From: Paracoccaceae bacterium
Lineage (GTDB): Bacteria > Pseudomonadota > Alphaproteobacteria > MPNO01 > UBA830
Assembly: GCA_047638395.1 (NCBI GenBank)
Contig: JBLIMV010000006.1
Location: 58,683 to 122,682, forward strand
Reading direction: 5' to 3'
Length of the DNA stretch: 64,000 nucleotides
The first letter of the stretch is position 1, and each line of letters opens with the position of its first letter. Positions 19,511 to 29,064 of this stretch are shown here, piece after piece. The position numbers and the translations under genes were made by a program. Below the pieces are notes generated by a model. It was not told the DNA's origin. It ran no database searches and saw only the letters and a program-made list of their open reading frames with translations.

Positions 19511-20461
19511 ATGAACTTCGCAGCAAAAATTTCGGAATCGGAATTCGTTACGCAGCCTCCATCCGATGACGCACTCATGGCCTGTCCCGTATGTCATCAT
19601 GAGACCCTGAACCATGGCGCTGACGAACTGGTTTGTGCGGGCTGTGAAACAGCGTTCAGAATCGATCGCGGCATCGTAGATTTTCGCCATGTCGATGAAA
19701 AATATCGGGCCGGCGAACACCGTGTCGACGACGAATTTGAAGCGCCCGACCCGACTGGGCTCGTCGAGAAAAAAGGCGCCGCCGATGTAATGGTCCAGCG
19801 TCTTTCAGACAGGGTCCGGCGCTTGAAGAATGAATTCGGCCACCTGAACCTTCTGGACGTCGGATTGTTCATGGGGGAAGGCGGCGGCCTGAAGCCGTTT
19901 TTCAAACCAATCGAAAAAGACATCGATCTGTATGTCGGCATCGATCCGTCTCCCCATGAATTGTTTTCAGACGCGGACCGCCCGGACCATATCCGGCTGA
20001 TGCGGTCGTACGGAGAATACCTGCCGCTACGCGGAGATCAGTTCAATTTTGTCGTGAGCATCGCATCAATGGACCATCTGTTCGATGCAGATCGGTGTCT
20101 TCGCGAAATACGCCGGGTGATGACGCCTGGAGGTGTCTTTTACACCCAGTTGAATAACGACGGCGCCTGGTTCAAACGCATATTTCCGGCAGCCGCCGAC
20201 CGCCGCCGCGAGGCGGCCAGCGAGTGGCATAATTATTTCTGGACCCTGTCTCAATATCAGACGCTGCTGAAAGACCATGGCTTCGAAATACTGGATAAGA
20301 GCTGCTATCGCTACAATCCGATGTTCGATAATTCGAAGATTGCCGCATCTCTCCCGGTGGCTCTCCAGAGCGGTATATCACGGATTATAGACCAGGTAGG
20401 TGACGTTGCCTTGCCGAGTATGGGTGGCAACTTCGCCGTTGCCTGCCGGCTACCCGGCTAG
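19511..20461 (+). CDS. Class I SAM methyltransferase with N-terminal Trm112-like Zn ribbon
   Basis: CPVC...CAGC ribbon; LLDVG, VGIDPS, EYLPL, EIRRVMTPGG. Confidence 0.85.
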   Translation: MNFAAKISESEFVTQPPSDDALMACPVCHHETLNHGADELVCAGCETAFRIDRGIVDFRHVDEKYRAGEHRVDDEFEAPDPTGLVEKKGAADVMVQRLSDRVRRLKNEFGHLNLLDVGLFMGEGGGLKPFFKPIEKDIDLYVGIDPSPHELFSDADRPDHIRLMRSYGEYLPLRGDQFNFVVSIASMDHLFDADRCLREIRRVMTPGGVFYTQLNNDGAWFKRIFPAAADRRREAASEWHNYFWTLSQYQTLLKDHGFEILDKSCYRYNPMFDNSKIAASLPVALQSGISRIIDQVGDVALPSMGGNFAVACRLPG

Positions 20462-20490
20462 GTGCGGACCCGGACACCCGGAAAATTCAT

Positions 20491-21858
20491 ATGGGTCGAT
20501 TGACCACTTTCACCTCCAGCCTGTCCGGACGCTACCTCAAACCCGAAGATATTGTTACCGCCGTCGCCCGCCAGGGCGCTGGCGCGCTCGTCGTCAGAGT
20601 ATCCAGCCTTCTCATCCTGTTTGGCGTGCAGGCTCTTCTCGCACGGCTTTTGGGCGCCGATCAGTTTGGTGTCTACACGGTGGCACTTGCAGTCATGGGG
20701 GTATTGCAGCTTTTCGCCCGCCAGGGTTTCGAAATCGCTGCATCACGGTTTGTCGGCGCCTATTCAGGCGTCGATAACTGGGCGCTGCTGAGCGGATTCG
20801 TCAGAGCCAGCAGGATACTTGTTCTCGGCGGCGCGATCCTATTTTCGGCTGCGTTGCTGGTTGTTGCAAACCTCGTTGCCAACACACTCGGCGACGGCAT
20901 GCTCCACAGCCTTTGGCTGATTGCAGCGATTCTGCCGCTTTTTACTGTCCTGCAACTCGAAGCGGCGATTGTCCGAGGCATGGGACGGGCGAGCATCGCC
21001 GATATCCCGACATGGATTTTGCAGCCCCTGCTCCTTGCTGCGGGTGTCAGCACCGCCGTATTCCTCGCGGACGCTCCCGCACGCGCGCCGACAGTTTTGT
21101 CGGTATTCCTCGGGACGGCAGTATGTGTGGTGATCGTGCAACACATCATCATGATACGCGTACTGCCCCAAACGGTGCTTGATGCCACCCCGGAGTACCG
21201 CTGGGGCGAATGGATGAAAGCCGCTCCAGCCATGATGCTGTTCGCCGGCTCAGCGGTTTTGATCAGCCAGGCCAACACGGTTCTTCTGGGCGCGATGTCG
21301 AGCGCAGCAGAGGCCGGAATTTACAACATTTCGGGACGTATCGCTGGCATCCTGCAATTGGTGACATTCTGCTTTATCGGAGCGATCGGGCCAGTCGCAG
21401 CCCGGCTTCATGCCAAGGGCGACATGATCGAACTGGCCCGCGTCACCTCGATCGGTGTCCGCGTTGTTTTCGCCGTCGCGCTGATAGCCTCGATCATCCT
21501 TGTTATCGGTGGTGAACACATCCTCGCCATCTTCGGGGAAGAGTTCAGACAGGGGTATCACACGTTGCTCGTGCTCCTGATCGGGCAACTGTTCTGGGCG
21601 GCAACGGTGCCGGCGGGGGTCTTGCTCAACATGACCGGTCACCATAATGAATCGGGCAAAATTCTCATTGTCGCAGCTGCGGTCAACTTCGGGCTCTGCG
21701 CTCTGCTGATCCCGATCTACGGCAGCATGGGCGCAGCGATCGCAACATCTGTCGCCATCGTTTTGTGGAACGGGATCATGGCCTGGTCCGCCGAGCGCCG
21801 CGTCGGCATACGCGCATACCTGACATTCACCCGGACGACGACAGCTCGAAGTCTTTGA
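20491..21858 (+). CDS. wzx: Wzx flippase
   Basis: LLARLLGADQFGVY, about 12-14 TMs, LLIPIYGSMGAAIATS. Confidence 0.9.
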   Translation: MGRLTTFTSSLSGRYLKPEDIVTAVARQGAGALVVRVSSLLILFGVQALLARLLGADQFGVYTVALAVMGVLQLFARQGFEIAASRFVGAYSGVDNWALLSGFVRASRILVLGGAILFSAALLVVANLVANTLGDGMLHSLWLIAAILPLFTVLQLEAAIVRGMGRASIADIPTWILQPLLLAAGVSTAVFLADAPARAPTVLSVFLGTAVCVVIVQHIIMIRVLPQTVLDATPEYRWGEWMKAAPAMMLFAGSAVLISQANTVLLGAMSSAAEAGIYNISGRIAGILQLVTFCFIGAIGPVAARLHAKGDMIELARVTSIGVRVVFAVALIASIILVIGGEHILAIFGEEFRQGYHTLLVLLIGQLFWAATVPAGVLLNMTGHHNESGKILIVAAAVNFGLCALLIPIYGSMGAAIATSVAIVLWNGIMAWSAERRVGIRAYLTFTRTTTARSL

Positions 21859-21873
21859 AACGCTTCATTAACT

Positions 21874-21888
21874 TTAACGTCGGGTTAA
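21874..21888. promoter_or_regulatory. CtrA box (perfect)
   Basis: ttaa-cgtcggg-ttaa just after wzx, upstream of the deacetylase operon. Confidence 0.7.
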
Positions 21889-22104
21889 GCCCTTTGTGGG
21901 ACTCTCACCTCTGAAATAGTGCGGATAGACCGGTCGCCGGGGGAACGGTTGCCTGTCGCCGCCAGTTGGGGGATTCCAAGTGACACGAACGTGTCGTCCA
22001 TATGCGATCGAACCTTCGGGCAGCCAGATCGGCCGACCGAGTGGGCACCTGAGTGCCTGCCGACCGCCGCGAACGTGCGGCTTCGGCGCGGGGGCGATCG
22101 TACG

Positions 22105-23004
22105 ATGACAACGCCTGGCTGTTACCTGACCATCGACCTCGAAGACTACAAGCAAACCACAACGCTTGAGATGGGCGTGCCGCAGAAGACCGAACCGGCA
22201 CGTACCGTTCATGGCGTCGCGCGCATTCTGGCCGCACTTTCGGAGACCCCCGGAAATCAGGCCGCGACATTTTTTACCACGGGGCAGATCGCACGCGACC
22301 AGGCAGACCTCGTGTCCGAGCTCTCGTCCGACGGTCACGAAATCGGCTGCCACGCGGATCTCCATGAAGATATATATGACCTGGATGCGGCAGCGTTCGC
22401 TACCGTCCTCATGCGGGCGCGGGCGAGCATTGTCGACGCCTGCGGCATCGCGCCGACGGGCTTTCGGGCGCCCAATTTTTCAATCGACGACAGGTGTCCT
22501 TGGGCGCTCGAAGTTCTGGCCAGCGCCGGTTTCACCTATGATTCCAGCCTCGTTTCGACCGAACCCCGGGATAGCGCAAAGCCGTATGACACCTTCCGCT
22601 TTCACGGCGATACCATTCGGGAATTCCCGGTCTACCGGCACATGCTACCCGGTGGCATCGGTGTCCGCGTCATCGGCGGAACCTACCTTCGGCTTCTGCC
22701 GCTACCGATCATCCTCCGCCTCATGAAGGACGTCTCGGCGAAGGGATACCCCGTGATCGTCTACGTTCACCCGTCGGACCTCGACGATGACTTCGACCCC
22801 GTCCACATCGACGAAATGGAAGGCCTAGACCGAATGACGCGCCTGAAATGGGCGTTACGTCAGAAACAGTGGGCCGCCGGGACCGAAGGCGCCTTCTGGA
22901 AGCTACGGGAAATTCTCAAAGTGCATCCGAACATCGGCCCGATGGGCCACGAATATCTTAATGCCGCCGCTGCCGATCCGCAGCCGGTACGGCATACAGG
23001 CTGA
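22105..23004 (+). CDS. Polysaccharide deacetylase (CE4, DUF3473-type)
   Basis: LTIDLED, ATFFTTG, HEIGCHADLH, GFRAPNFSI, YDSS, GGTYLRLLP, YVHP; start taken at ATG 22105. Confidence 0.85.
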   Translation: MTTPGCYLTIDLEDYKQTTTLEMGVPQKTEPARTVHGVARILAALSETPGNQAATFFTTGQIARDQADLVSELSSDGHEIGCHADLHEDIYDLDAAAFATVLMRARASIVDACGIAPTGFRAPNFSIDDRCPWALEVLASAGFTYDSSLVSTEPRDSAKPYDTFRFHGDTIREFPVYRHMLPGGIGVRVIGGTYLRLLPLPIILRLMKDVSAKGYPVIVYVHPSDLDDDFDPVHIDEMEGLDRMTRLKWALRQKQWAAGTEGAFWKLREILKVHPNIGPMGHEYLNAAAADPQPVRHTG

Positions 23005-23026
23005 AACAGGAAACCGGAAAACATCC

Positions 23027-24781
23027 ATGTACATACTCGGGCTTGCGACCATGGGCGAAAGCGGCGCCGCACTGATCAAAGACGGCGTCCTTGTTGCCGC
23101 GGTCGAAGAAGAGCGCTTTACACGCAACAAGCACGAAGGCTGCTTTCCTCTTCGTTCGATCAGGTATTGCCTCGAATCCGAAGGTATCTCGCTCGATGAT
23201 GTCGAGCATGTTGCGGTTTACTGGCAGCCCTGGCGCATGGGTCACCGCATCGCGGGTGTCATTAAAACGGCGCTCACCAGACCGGATGCATTCAGCCGCA
23301 AGATTGGACGCGCGTTCGCCGAAATGAGTCCAGGTGGCGGCGGCGACGCGAACACCGAAGGCAGCTGGTTCGAACTGTTCCGCATCGGCGCTATTCTGTC
23401 TAAGGAATTCGGCGCATTTGGCGGCAAGATCCACTACCTCGATCATCATGATTGTCATATTGCCAGCGCCTATAATGTCTCACCCTATGAGGATGCGACG
23501 ATCCTCGTGTTTGACGGCGCCGGCGAAAAAGCATCTACCACGCTCGCGGTCGGCGAAGGCAATTCGTTCAGGGTTCTGCGCCAGATGGACTGGCCCCACT
23601 CGCTTGGACATTTCTATGCCGGCATCACGGGCTTCCTCGGTTTCAAAATGCTCGACGGCGAATACAAGATGATGGGGCTCGCCCCCTATAACACGCCGGA
23701 TTACGCAGACTGGATGCGCAAGAATGTCCTGATCACTGACAAGCCCGGCTCATACCGCGTGAATACATCGGTGCTGGATTATCACGATGCGTTCGACGGC
23801 AAGTTCAGCAAGCAGATGATCGAAGCGCTCGGCGAACCGCGACGGTCGGACGATGAGCCCTTTACCGACCGGCACGAAAAAATCGCGGCGTCGGCCCAGG
23901 CTGCCTATGAAGACGTCGTCCTTGACCTCGCCATGTGGGCCTATGAGGCAGGCGGTCAGAAGAAAAACCTGATCATCTCGGGTGGCTGCGGCCTGAACTG
24001 CACGGCAAACGGCAAGCTGCTCAATGACGGTCCGTTCGAAAATGTGTTCATCCCGCCTGCACCGCACGATCCTGGCTGTTCTGTCGGAGCGGCTTTCCAT
24101 TTGTGGAATGAAAAGCTCGGCAACCCGCGTAAATTTGTGATGGAACACGGCTATTACGGACCGGAGTTCTCGGATCAGCAGATGTCGGCTGCCCTCCAGG
24201 CGCGGGGCATCAATGCGCAACGCCTGCCAGCAGAAGCAATCGTTATCGACCGTACCGCGGATGCCATCGAACAGGGGAATGTGATCTGCTGGTTCCAGGG
24301 CCGGACCGAATTCGGCCCTCGTGCACTCGGTAACCGCTCGTTCCTCGCCGACCCGCGGCGCGATTCAATCCGCGATGAGATCAACGCAAAGATCAAGAAA
24401 CGAGAAATGTTCCGGCCCTTCGCGCCGTCGGTCAAAGCCGAATGCGCGAATGACTATTTCGAACTTACGGGTCCCAGCCCATTCATGAATGTCATCGCAC
24501 CGGTACGTGCCGAAAAACGCGACCTGATCCCTGCCGTCACCCATGTGGACGGCACGGCGCGCATCCAGACGGTGACCAAGACAGCGAACCCCCGCTACTG
24601 GGCGTTGCTGGACAAATTTGAGGAGAAAACGGGCGTTCCGGTGCTGTTAAACACCTCGTTCAATATTCAGGAACCGATCGTCAACACACCGGAGGAAGCC
24701 GTCGACTGTTTCCTGCGCAGTAAGGCCGACGTTCTTGTCATGGGCGACTATTTCATCAGCCGCGACATGATCGCGGCCTGA
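23027..24781 (+). CDS. O-carbamoyltransferase (NodU/CmcH/TobZ family)
   Basis: AAVEEERFTRNKH, HHDCH, DGAGE, SLGHFY, GEYKMMGLA, EFGPRALGNRS, FRPFAP, LLNTSFN. Confidence 0.95.
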   Translation: MYILGLATMGESGAALIKDGVLVAAVEEERFTRNKHEGCFPLRSIRYCLESEGISLDDVEHVAVYWQPWRMGHRIAGVIKTALTRPDAFSRKIGRAFAEMSPGGGGDANTEGSWFELFRIGAILSKEFGAFGGKIHYLDHHDCHIASAYNVSPYEDATILVFDGAGEKASTTLAVGEGNSFRVLRQMDWPHSLGHFYAGITGFLGFKMLDGEYKMMGLAPYNTPDYADWMRKNVLITDKPGSYRVNTSVLDYHDAFDGKFSKQMIEALGEPRRSDDEPFTDRHEKIAASAQAAYEDVVLDLAMWAYEAGGQKKNLIISGGCGLNCTANGKLLNDGPFENVFIPPAPHDPGCSVGAAFHLWNEKLGNPRKFVMEHGYYGPEFSDQQMSAALQARGINAQRLPAEAIVIDRTADAIEQGNVICWFQGRTEFGPRALGNRSFLADPRRDSIRDEINAKIKKREMFRPFAPSVKAECANDYFELTGPSPFMNVIAPVRAEKRDLIPAVTHVDGTARIQTVTKTANPRYWALLDKFEEKTGVPVLLNTSFNIQEPIVNTPEEAVDCFLRSKADVLVMGDYFISRDMIAA

Positions 24782-24808
24782 CGGACAGCCGGGCCGCACG
24801 GAATATTC

Positions 24809-25999
24809 ATGACCCAGAAACGCTTCCTCATCTTCGATGCGTATTACGGCACAGCGGGCGGTAATCAACGCTATATCCGCATGCTGTTCCAGCATGCGCG
24901 ACGAGATGGCTGGCAACCGACCCTGCTCTGCCCGGGAGACGGCAGGCTTGCAGACTCGGTGCGTGAAGCGGGCGGCGACGTTACCGTGGTGCCGCAATCC
25001 GCCCGGCTCGACCGGTATGGCGGCTCTGTGCTGAAGTCCGGTATATTCAGCCGTTTCGCAAGCCTGCTGGCGCTTCTGCTATACAATTTCCGGGTTCTCG
25101 CGACGTTGCGCGAAATACGGCCACAGGTCATCCAGTGCCATAATACACGCAGCCTGCTGATGGTCGTTCTCGCTGCAAAGATCGCACGGATACCGACCGT
25201 GCTGTTTATCAAATCGGAAATATCCAACCCGTTTCTTGACCGGGTCGGTATGAAACTCGCGAGCCGCGTCCTGTTTATCGCCGACGTGCTGATGCCGAAA
25301 AAACGGAAAGCCAAATACCGGAAGCTGCCGATCGGAATCGATTTCACAGACGTGGACGCAACGATTTCCCGGCGCGAGATCGACGGAGATCCGGAAGATC
25401 ACAAGGAACACCTGACCTTCGCATTTGCCGGCTGGCTTGTCCCCGCAAAGGGCATACATATCTTGCTTGATGCATTCGAGCGCGCCACGCACCAGATTTC
25501 CGACATCCGGCTTGAAATCATCGGCGATTCCGACGACGAGGAATACAAGGCGGAACTTAAGAATGTCGTGGCCTGGCAGAAACTGGAAAACCGGGTAACG
25601 TTCCATGGCTGGCGAGAAGACGTGCTTGACGCCCTCGACATCGCCGACATCTATGTATTGCCGTCCTTCACCGAAGGCATCCCCCGCTCCATCGTCGAAG
25701 CGATGGCGCTCGGCAAACCGGTTATTTCGACCACGGTTGGCGGCGTCCCTGAGTTGCTCGAAGGTGGCGAGCTCGGGATGATCGTGCCACCTAACGATTC
25801 CACGGCGCTCTCAAATGCCATGTATGACATGGCCGCCGACAAACCTCGGCGGGACGTATTTTCGCAGCGCGGCATAGCCCACGCGCGCGAGACCTATTCT
25901 TTCCAGAACCACCACGAAGCGCTGGAGCGCTTACTGGACGAAATCTCCAGAGACACCGCTCCGGCTAAACAACCGGTCGGTCAGGAGGCATCCGCCTGA
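24809..25999 (+). CDS. Glycosyltransferase family 4
   Basis: GWLVPAKG, VLPSFTEGIPRSIVEAMALGKPVI. Confidence 0.93.
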   Translation: MTQKRFLIFDAYYGTAGGNQRYIRMLFQHARRDGWQPTLLCPGDGRLADSVREAGGDVTVVPQSARLDRYGGSVLKSGIFSRFASLLALLLYNFRVLATLREIRPQVIQCHNTRSLLMVVLAAKIARIPTVLFIKSEISNPFLDRVGMKLASRVLFIADVLMPKKRKAKYRKLPIGIDFTDVDATISRREIDGDPEDHKEHLTFAFAGWLVPAKGIHILLDAFERATHQISDIRLEIIGDSDDEEYKAELKNVVAWQKLENRVTFHGWREDVLDALDIADIYVLPSFTEGIPRSIVEAMALGKPVISTTVGGVPELLEGGELGMIVPPNDSTALSNAMYDMAADKPRRDVFSQRGIAHARETYSFQNHHEALERLLDEISRDTAPAKQPVGQEASA

Positions 26000-26880
26000 T
26001 GGATCGCGCGATGCGGAACTATCTTATTCGACGGTATGCGCTTGGACCGGCTCTGACTGTGTCAACGCATCTTGCAGCGCTCGGCGGGATCGTATTCCCA
26101 ATACTTCGCCGGACCGTGAAACACCCGGTGTTTATCGTTGGCTGTTCGCGGTCAGGGACGACGCTATTCGCCGAAATTTTCGGCGAGCGACCTGATGCCT
26201 GCAACGTCATGGATGCCTCGCAGGTTTGGGATTTGCGATACTACGACAAATCAGCCGATGACCACCGCGACGAAAACGACGCGACCTTCTGGGAAGTATC
26301 CCGGATACGGTCCAGCCTCGCCATACGGCTTCTCTTTTCCGGGCACGAACGTCTCATCAACAAAAACAATCAGAATTCCCTGCGGCTGCGCTATCTGAAG
26401 AGTGCGTTTCCGGATGCCCTTATTATTCATGTCGTTCGCGATGCCCGGCCCGTGGTCCTGTCGAACATGTCGCGTGTCGAAAAAGACCGCTATCGCCGCG
26501 GGTTCCCCTTCGGCCGTTTCCCGAAACCCGTCGCCTGGCGCTCGTATATGGACAAACCCGTCATCGAACAATTTGCCCATCAGTGGAGCGACATTACCGC
26601 CGAAATCCGGAAAGACGGCCCGGCGGTGTTTGGACCCGATCAGTACGCCGAGGTAAAGTTCGAGGAATTCTGCGCCGATCCGACAGCCTGCATCAGCCGA
26701 CTTGACCGGTTTTGTGGCCTACCGGAAACTGATCGCGCTGCCGCGGCGATAGCCTCTATCGGCTCCGGCGACAGCGACTCCTGGACAACCAGGCTCCCGG
26801 CCACGGACATCAAGCGCATAGACGAGATCACTGGCGAGCAGATGGCAGTGTTCGGCTACAGCACGGGCGTTGCACAATGA
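25999..26880 (+). CDS. PAPS-dependent sulfotransferase
   Basis: 5'-PSB VFIVGCSRSGTT and 3'-PB IIHVVRDARPVVLS motifs. Confidence 0.88.
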   Translation: MDRAMRNYLIRRYALGPALTVSTHLAALGGIVFPILRRTVKHPVFIVGCSRSGTTLFAEIFGERPDACNVMDASQVWDLRYYDKSADDHRDENDATFWEVSRIRSSLAIRLLFSGHERLINKNNQNSLRLRYLKSAFPDALIIHVVRDARPVVLSNMSRVEKDRYRRGFPFGRFPKPVAWRSYMDKPVIEQFAHQWSDITAEIRKDGPAVFGPDQYAEVKFEEFCADPTACISRLDRFCGLPETDRAAAAIASIGSGDSDSWTTRLPATDIKRIDEITGEQMAVFGYSTGVAQ

Positions 26881-27845
26881 GCGGCGCTTTCGTTCTGTCA
26901 CTCGACACCGAGGTCGCTTGGGGAACGTTCACCTGGGGTGGCACAAAATATTATCGCCGGCATTTCGATTCCTATCGCGAGAACGTCAGCCGGTTTATCG
27001 ACCTGATGGATACCTACGCGATCCCGTCGACCTGGGCCTTTGTCGGCCATCTGATGCTCGACAGCTGCGATGGAAATCACCCCGAAGCACCCGCGCCGAC
27101 CTTCCCCTGGTATGGCCGTCCCTGGTACGACATCGACCCCGGCACCAACGCCAAAGAAGACCCGTGGTGGTACGCCCCGGATATTCTGGACCGGGTCCTG
27201 GCGATGAAAACGCCTCAGGAAATCGGCACCCACACATTCAGCCACGTTTTTCTCAACGACCCTGCGGTCACGCCGGAAATGGCGCATGCCCAGATCAAGG
27301 CGAGTGTCGACGTCGCACAGGCACGTGGCCTGACAATCGAATCCCTGGTGTTCCCCCGGGACGGTGTCGCGCATCTCGACCAGTACGCGGCCCTTGGGAT
27401 CACCAATTACCGGGGCGCCGAGAAAATCGGCTACAACGCCCTCGCGCGCCCGCTGCGTCGTGCGGCCGGCCTCTGCGACCACCTCGCCGGCGGCACGCCA
27501 CCGGTCTACGGATGGCACGATCTCGAAACACAGCACGGTTTGCTCAACATTCCGGGTTCAACTTTCGCGCTCGCCTATGATCGCTATCACCGGTTCGTTT
27601 CCACCTCCGCGCGGATCGCGAAATTCCGGCGCGGTCTTGAAGCGGCGGAAAAGCAGGACGCGATCTTCCATCTCGCATTTCATCCGTTTCATCTTGGTAG
27701 TTCGGAACAGATGTTTGTCCTGTTCGATCGTTATTTCCGCCTCGCCGCAGAAGCGCGCGATGCCGGCCGGATCGAAATCCTCACAATGCGCGATGTACAG
27801 CGCACACACGCCAAGCTGGGCGTCCCTGCGGCGCAAGCGGCGTGA
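26877..27845 (+). CDS. Polysaccharide deacetylase family protein
   Basis: FVLSLDTEVAWG, STWAFVG, QEIGTHTFSH, SLVFPR, FHLAFHP. Confidence 0.85.
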   Translation: MSGAFVLSLDTEVAWGTFTWGGTKYYRRHFDSYRENVSRFIDLMDTYAIPSTWAFVGHLMLDSCDGNHPEAPAPTFPWYGRPWYDIDPGTNAKEDPWWYAPDILDRVLAMKTPQEIGTHTFSHVFLNDPAVTPEMAHAQIKASVDVAQARGLTIESLVFPRDGVAHLDQYAALGITNYRGAEKIGYNALARPLRRAAGLCDHLAGGTPPVYGWHDLETQHGLLNIPGSTFALAYDRYHRFVSTSARIAKFRRGLEAAEKQDAIFHLAFHPFHLGSSEQMFVLFDRYFRLAAEARDAGRIEILTMRDVQRTHAKLGVPAAQAA

Positions 27846-27855
27846 AGGAAAACTG

Positions 27856-29061
27856 ATGCGTATCGCCATTGTGAACCACGACGATTTCTCCATCTGGAAT
27901 TTTCGCCGCGCCCTGATCGCCCAACTGGTTGCCGACGGACACAATGTCGATGTGCTTTGCGCGAACGGCCCCTACATCGATCGCATCCTCGGGCTCGGTG
28001 TCCGCTGGGTGCCGATGGAAATGCCGCGCTTTATCACGCCGGTCGAAGATATCAAATGGATCTGGCGGCTCTGGCGCCTCTTTGCCGGCGGAAAATACGA
28101 TCTGGTGCATCTATTCCAGAACAAGGTCATCGTCTATGGCGCCGTGACCGCCAAACTGGCAGGGGTGCGCCGTGTCTGCGCCTCGTCCACCGGCATCGGA
28201 TACATCACCAATGACATACCGGGTTTGAAAAACCGCATCGTCGCGATGATCACCAAGGCGCTCTACCGGATCTCGATGCCACGCATCGACAAAGTGCTGT
28301 TTCAGAACGAATACGACCGCGACCATCTGGTTAACGCCAAATTCGTCGACCGTGACCGCACCGTCCTGATACGCGGCTCCGGGGTTAATCTCACCGAATT
28401 TTCGGATCGCGCGATAGACCCGCTCGCCGCATCGCGCGTACAAGAACGTCTCGGCGACACCGAAGGGCGGGTGGTCGTTGCGATGGTTGCCCGCGCTGTC
28501 CTGACGAAGGGTGTTGCCGAATTTATCGACGCATCGAAGCAGGTTGAGGAACGCCATCCGGGACGCGCCCTGTTTGTCCTGTGGGGCGACGTCGAGGAAG
28601 ACAACCCGGAAACGCTGACCCCGGCCGCATTGCGGACATCCGAACATCCCGGCTTTCGCTGGATGGGCTGGTGCGACACGGTTCGTGAAGCGCTTCATGC
28701 TGCCGATATTGCCGCCCTGCCGTCCTATCGCGAAGGAACACCCAGGTCCATGCTCGAAGGCATGGCGATGGCCAAACCCATTGTCACAACCAATGCGCCG
28801 GGCTGTGAAGCATTGGTCGACGAAGGCGAAAACGGCTTTCTTGTCCCGGTGCAGGACGCAGATGCGCTTGCCGTAGCCGTCGAAAAACTGGTTATTGATG
28901 CCGATCTGCGACAGCAGTTCGGCGCCGCTTCCCGTGAAAAATGCCGTGCGGAGTTTTCGGACGAGATCGTTGTGCGCCGCATTCTGTCCGACCTGTACGA
29001 GATTGGGGCCGCGCCTGAGAGTACAGACGCCCCCTCGCTCACCGCCGCGGCGAGGGCCTGA
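27856..29061 (+). CDS. Glycosyltransferase family 4 (CapM/PglA-like)
   Basis: WNFRRALI, LIRGSGVN, LPSYREGTPRSMLEGMAMAKPIVTT. Confidence 0.92.
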   Translation: MRIAIVNHDDFSIWNFRRALIAQLVADGHNVDVLCANGPYIDRILGLGVRWVPMEMPRFITPVEDIKWIWRLWRLFAGGKYDLVHLFQNKVIVYGAVTAKLAGVRRVCASSTGIGYITNDIPGLKNRIVAMITKALYRISMPRIDKVLFQNEYDRDHLVNAKFVDRDRTVLIRGSGVNLTEFSDRAIDPLAASRVQERLGDTEGRVVVAMVARAVLTKGVAEFIDASKQVEERHPGRALFVLWGDVEEDNPETLTPAALRTSEHPGFRWMGWCDTVREALHAADIAALPSYREGTPRSMLEGMAMAKPIVTTNAPGCEALVDEGENGFLVPVQDADALAVAVEKLVIDADLRQQFGAASREKCRAEFSDEIVVRRILSDLYEIGAAPESTDAPSLTAAARA

Positions 29062-29064
29062 CGC

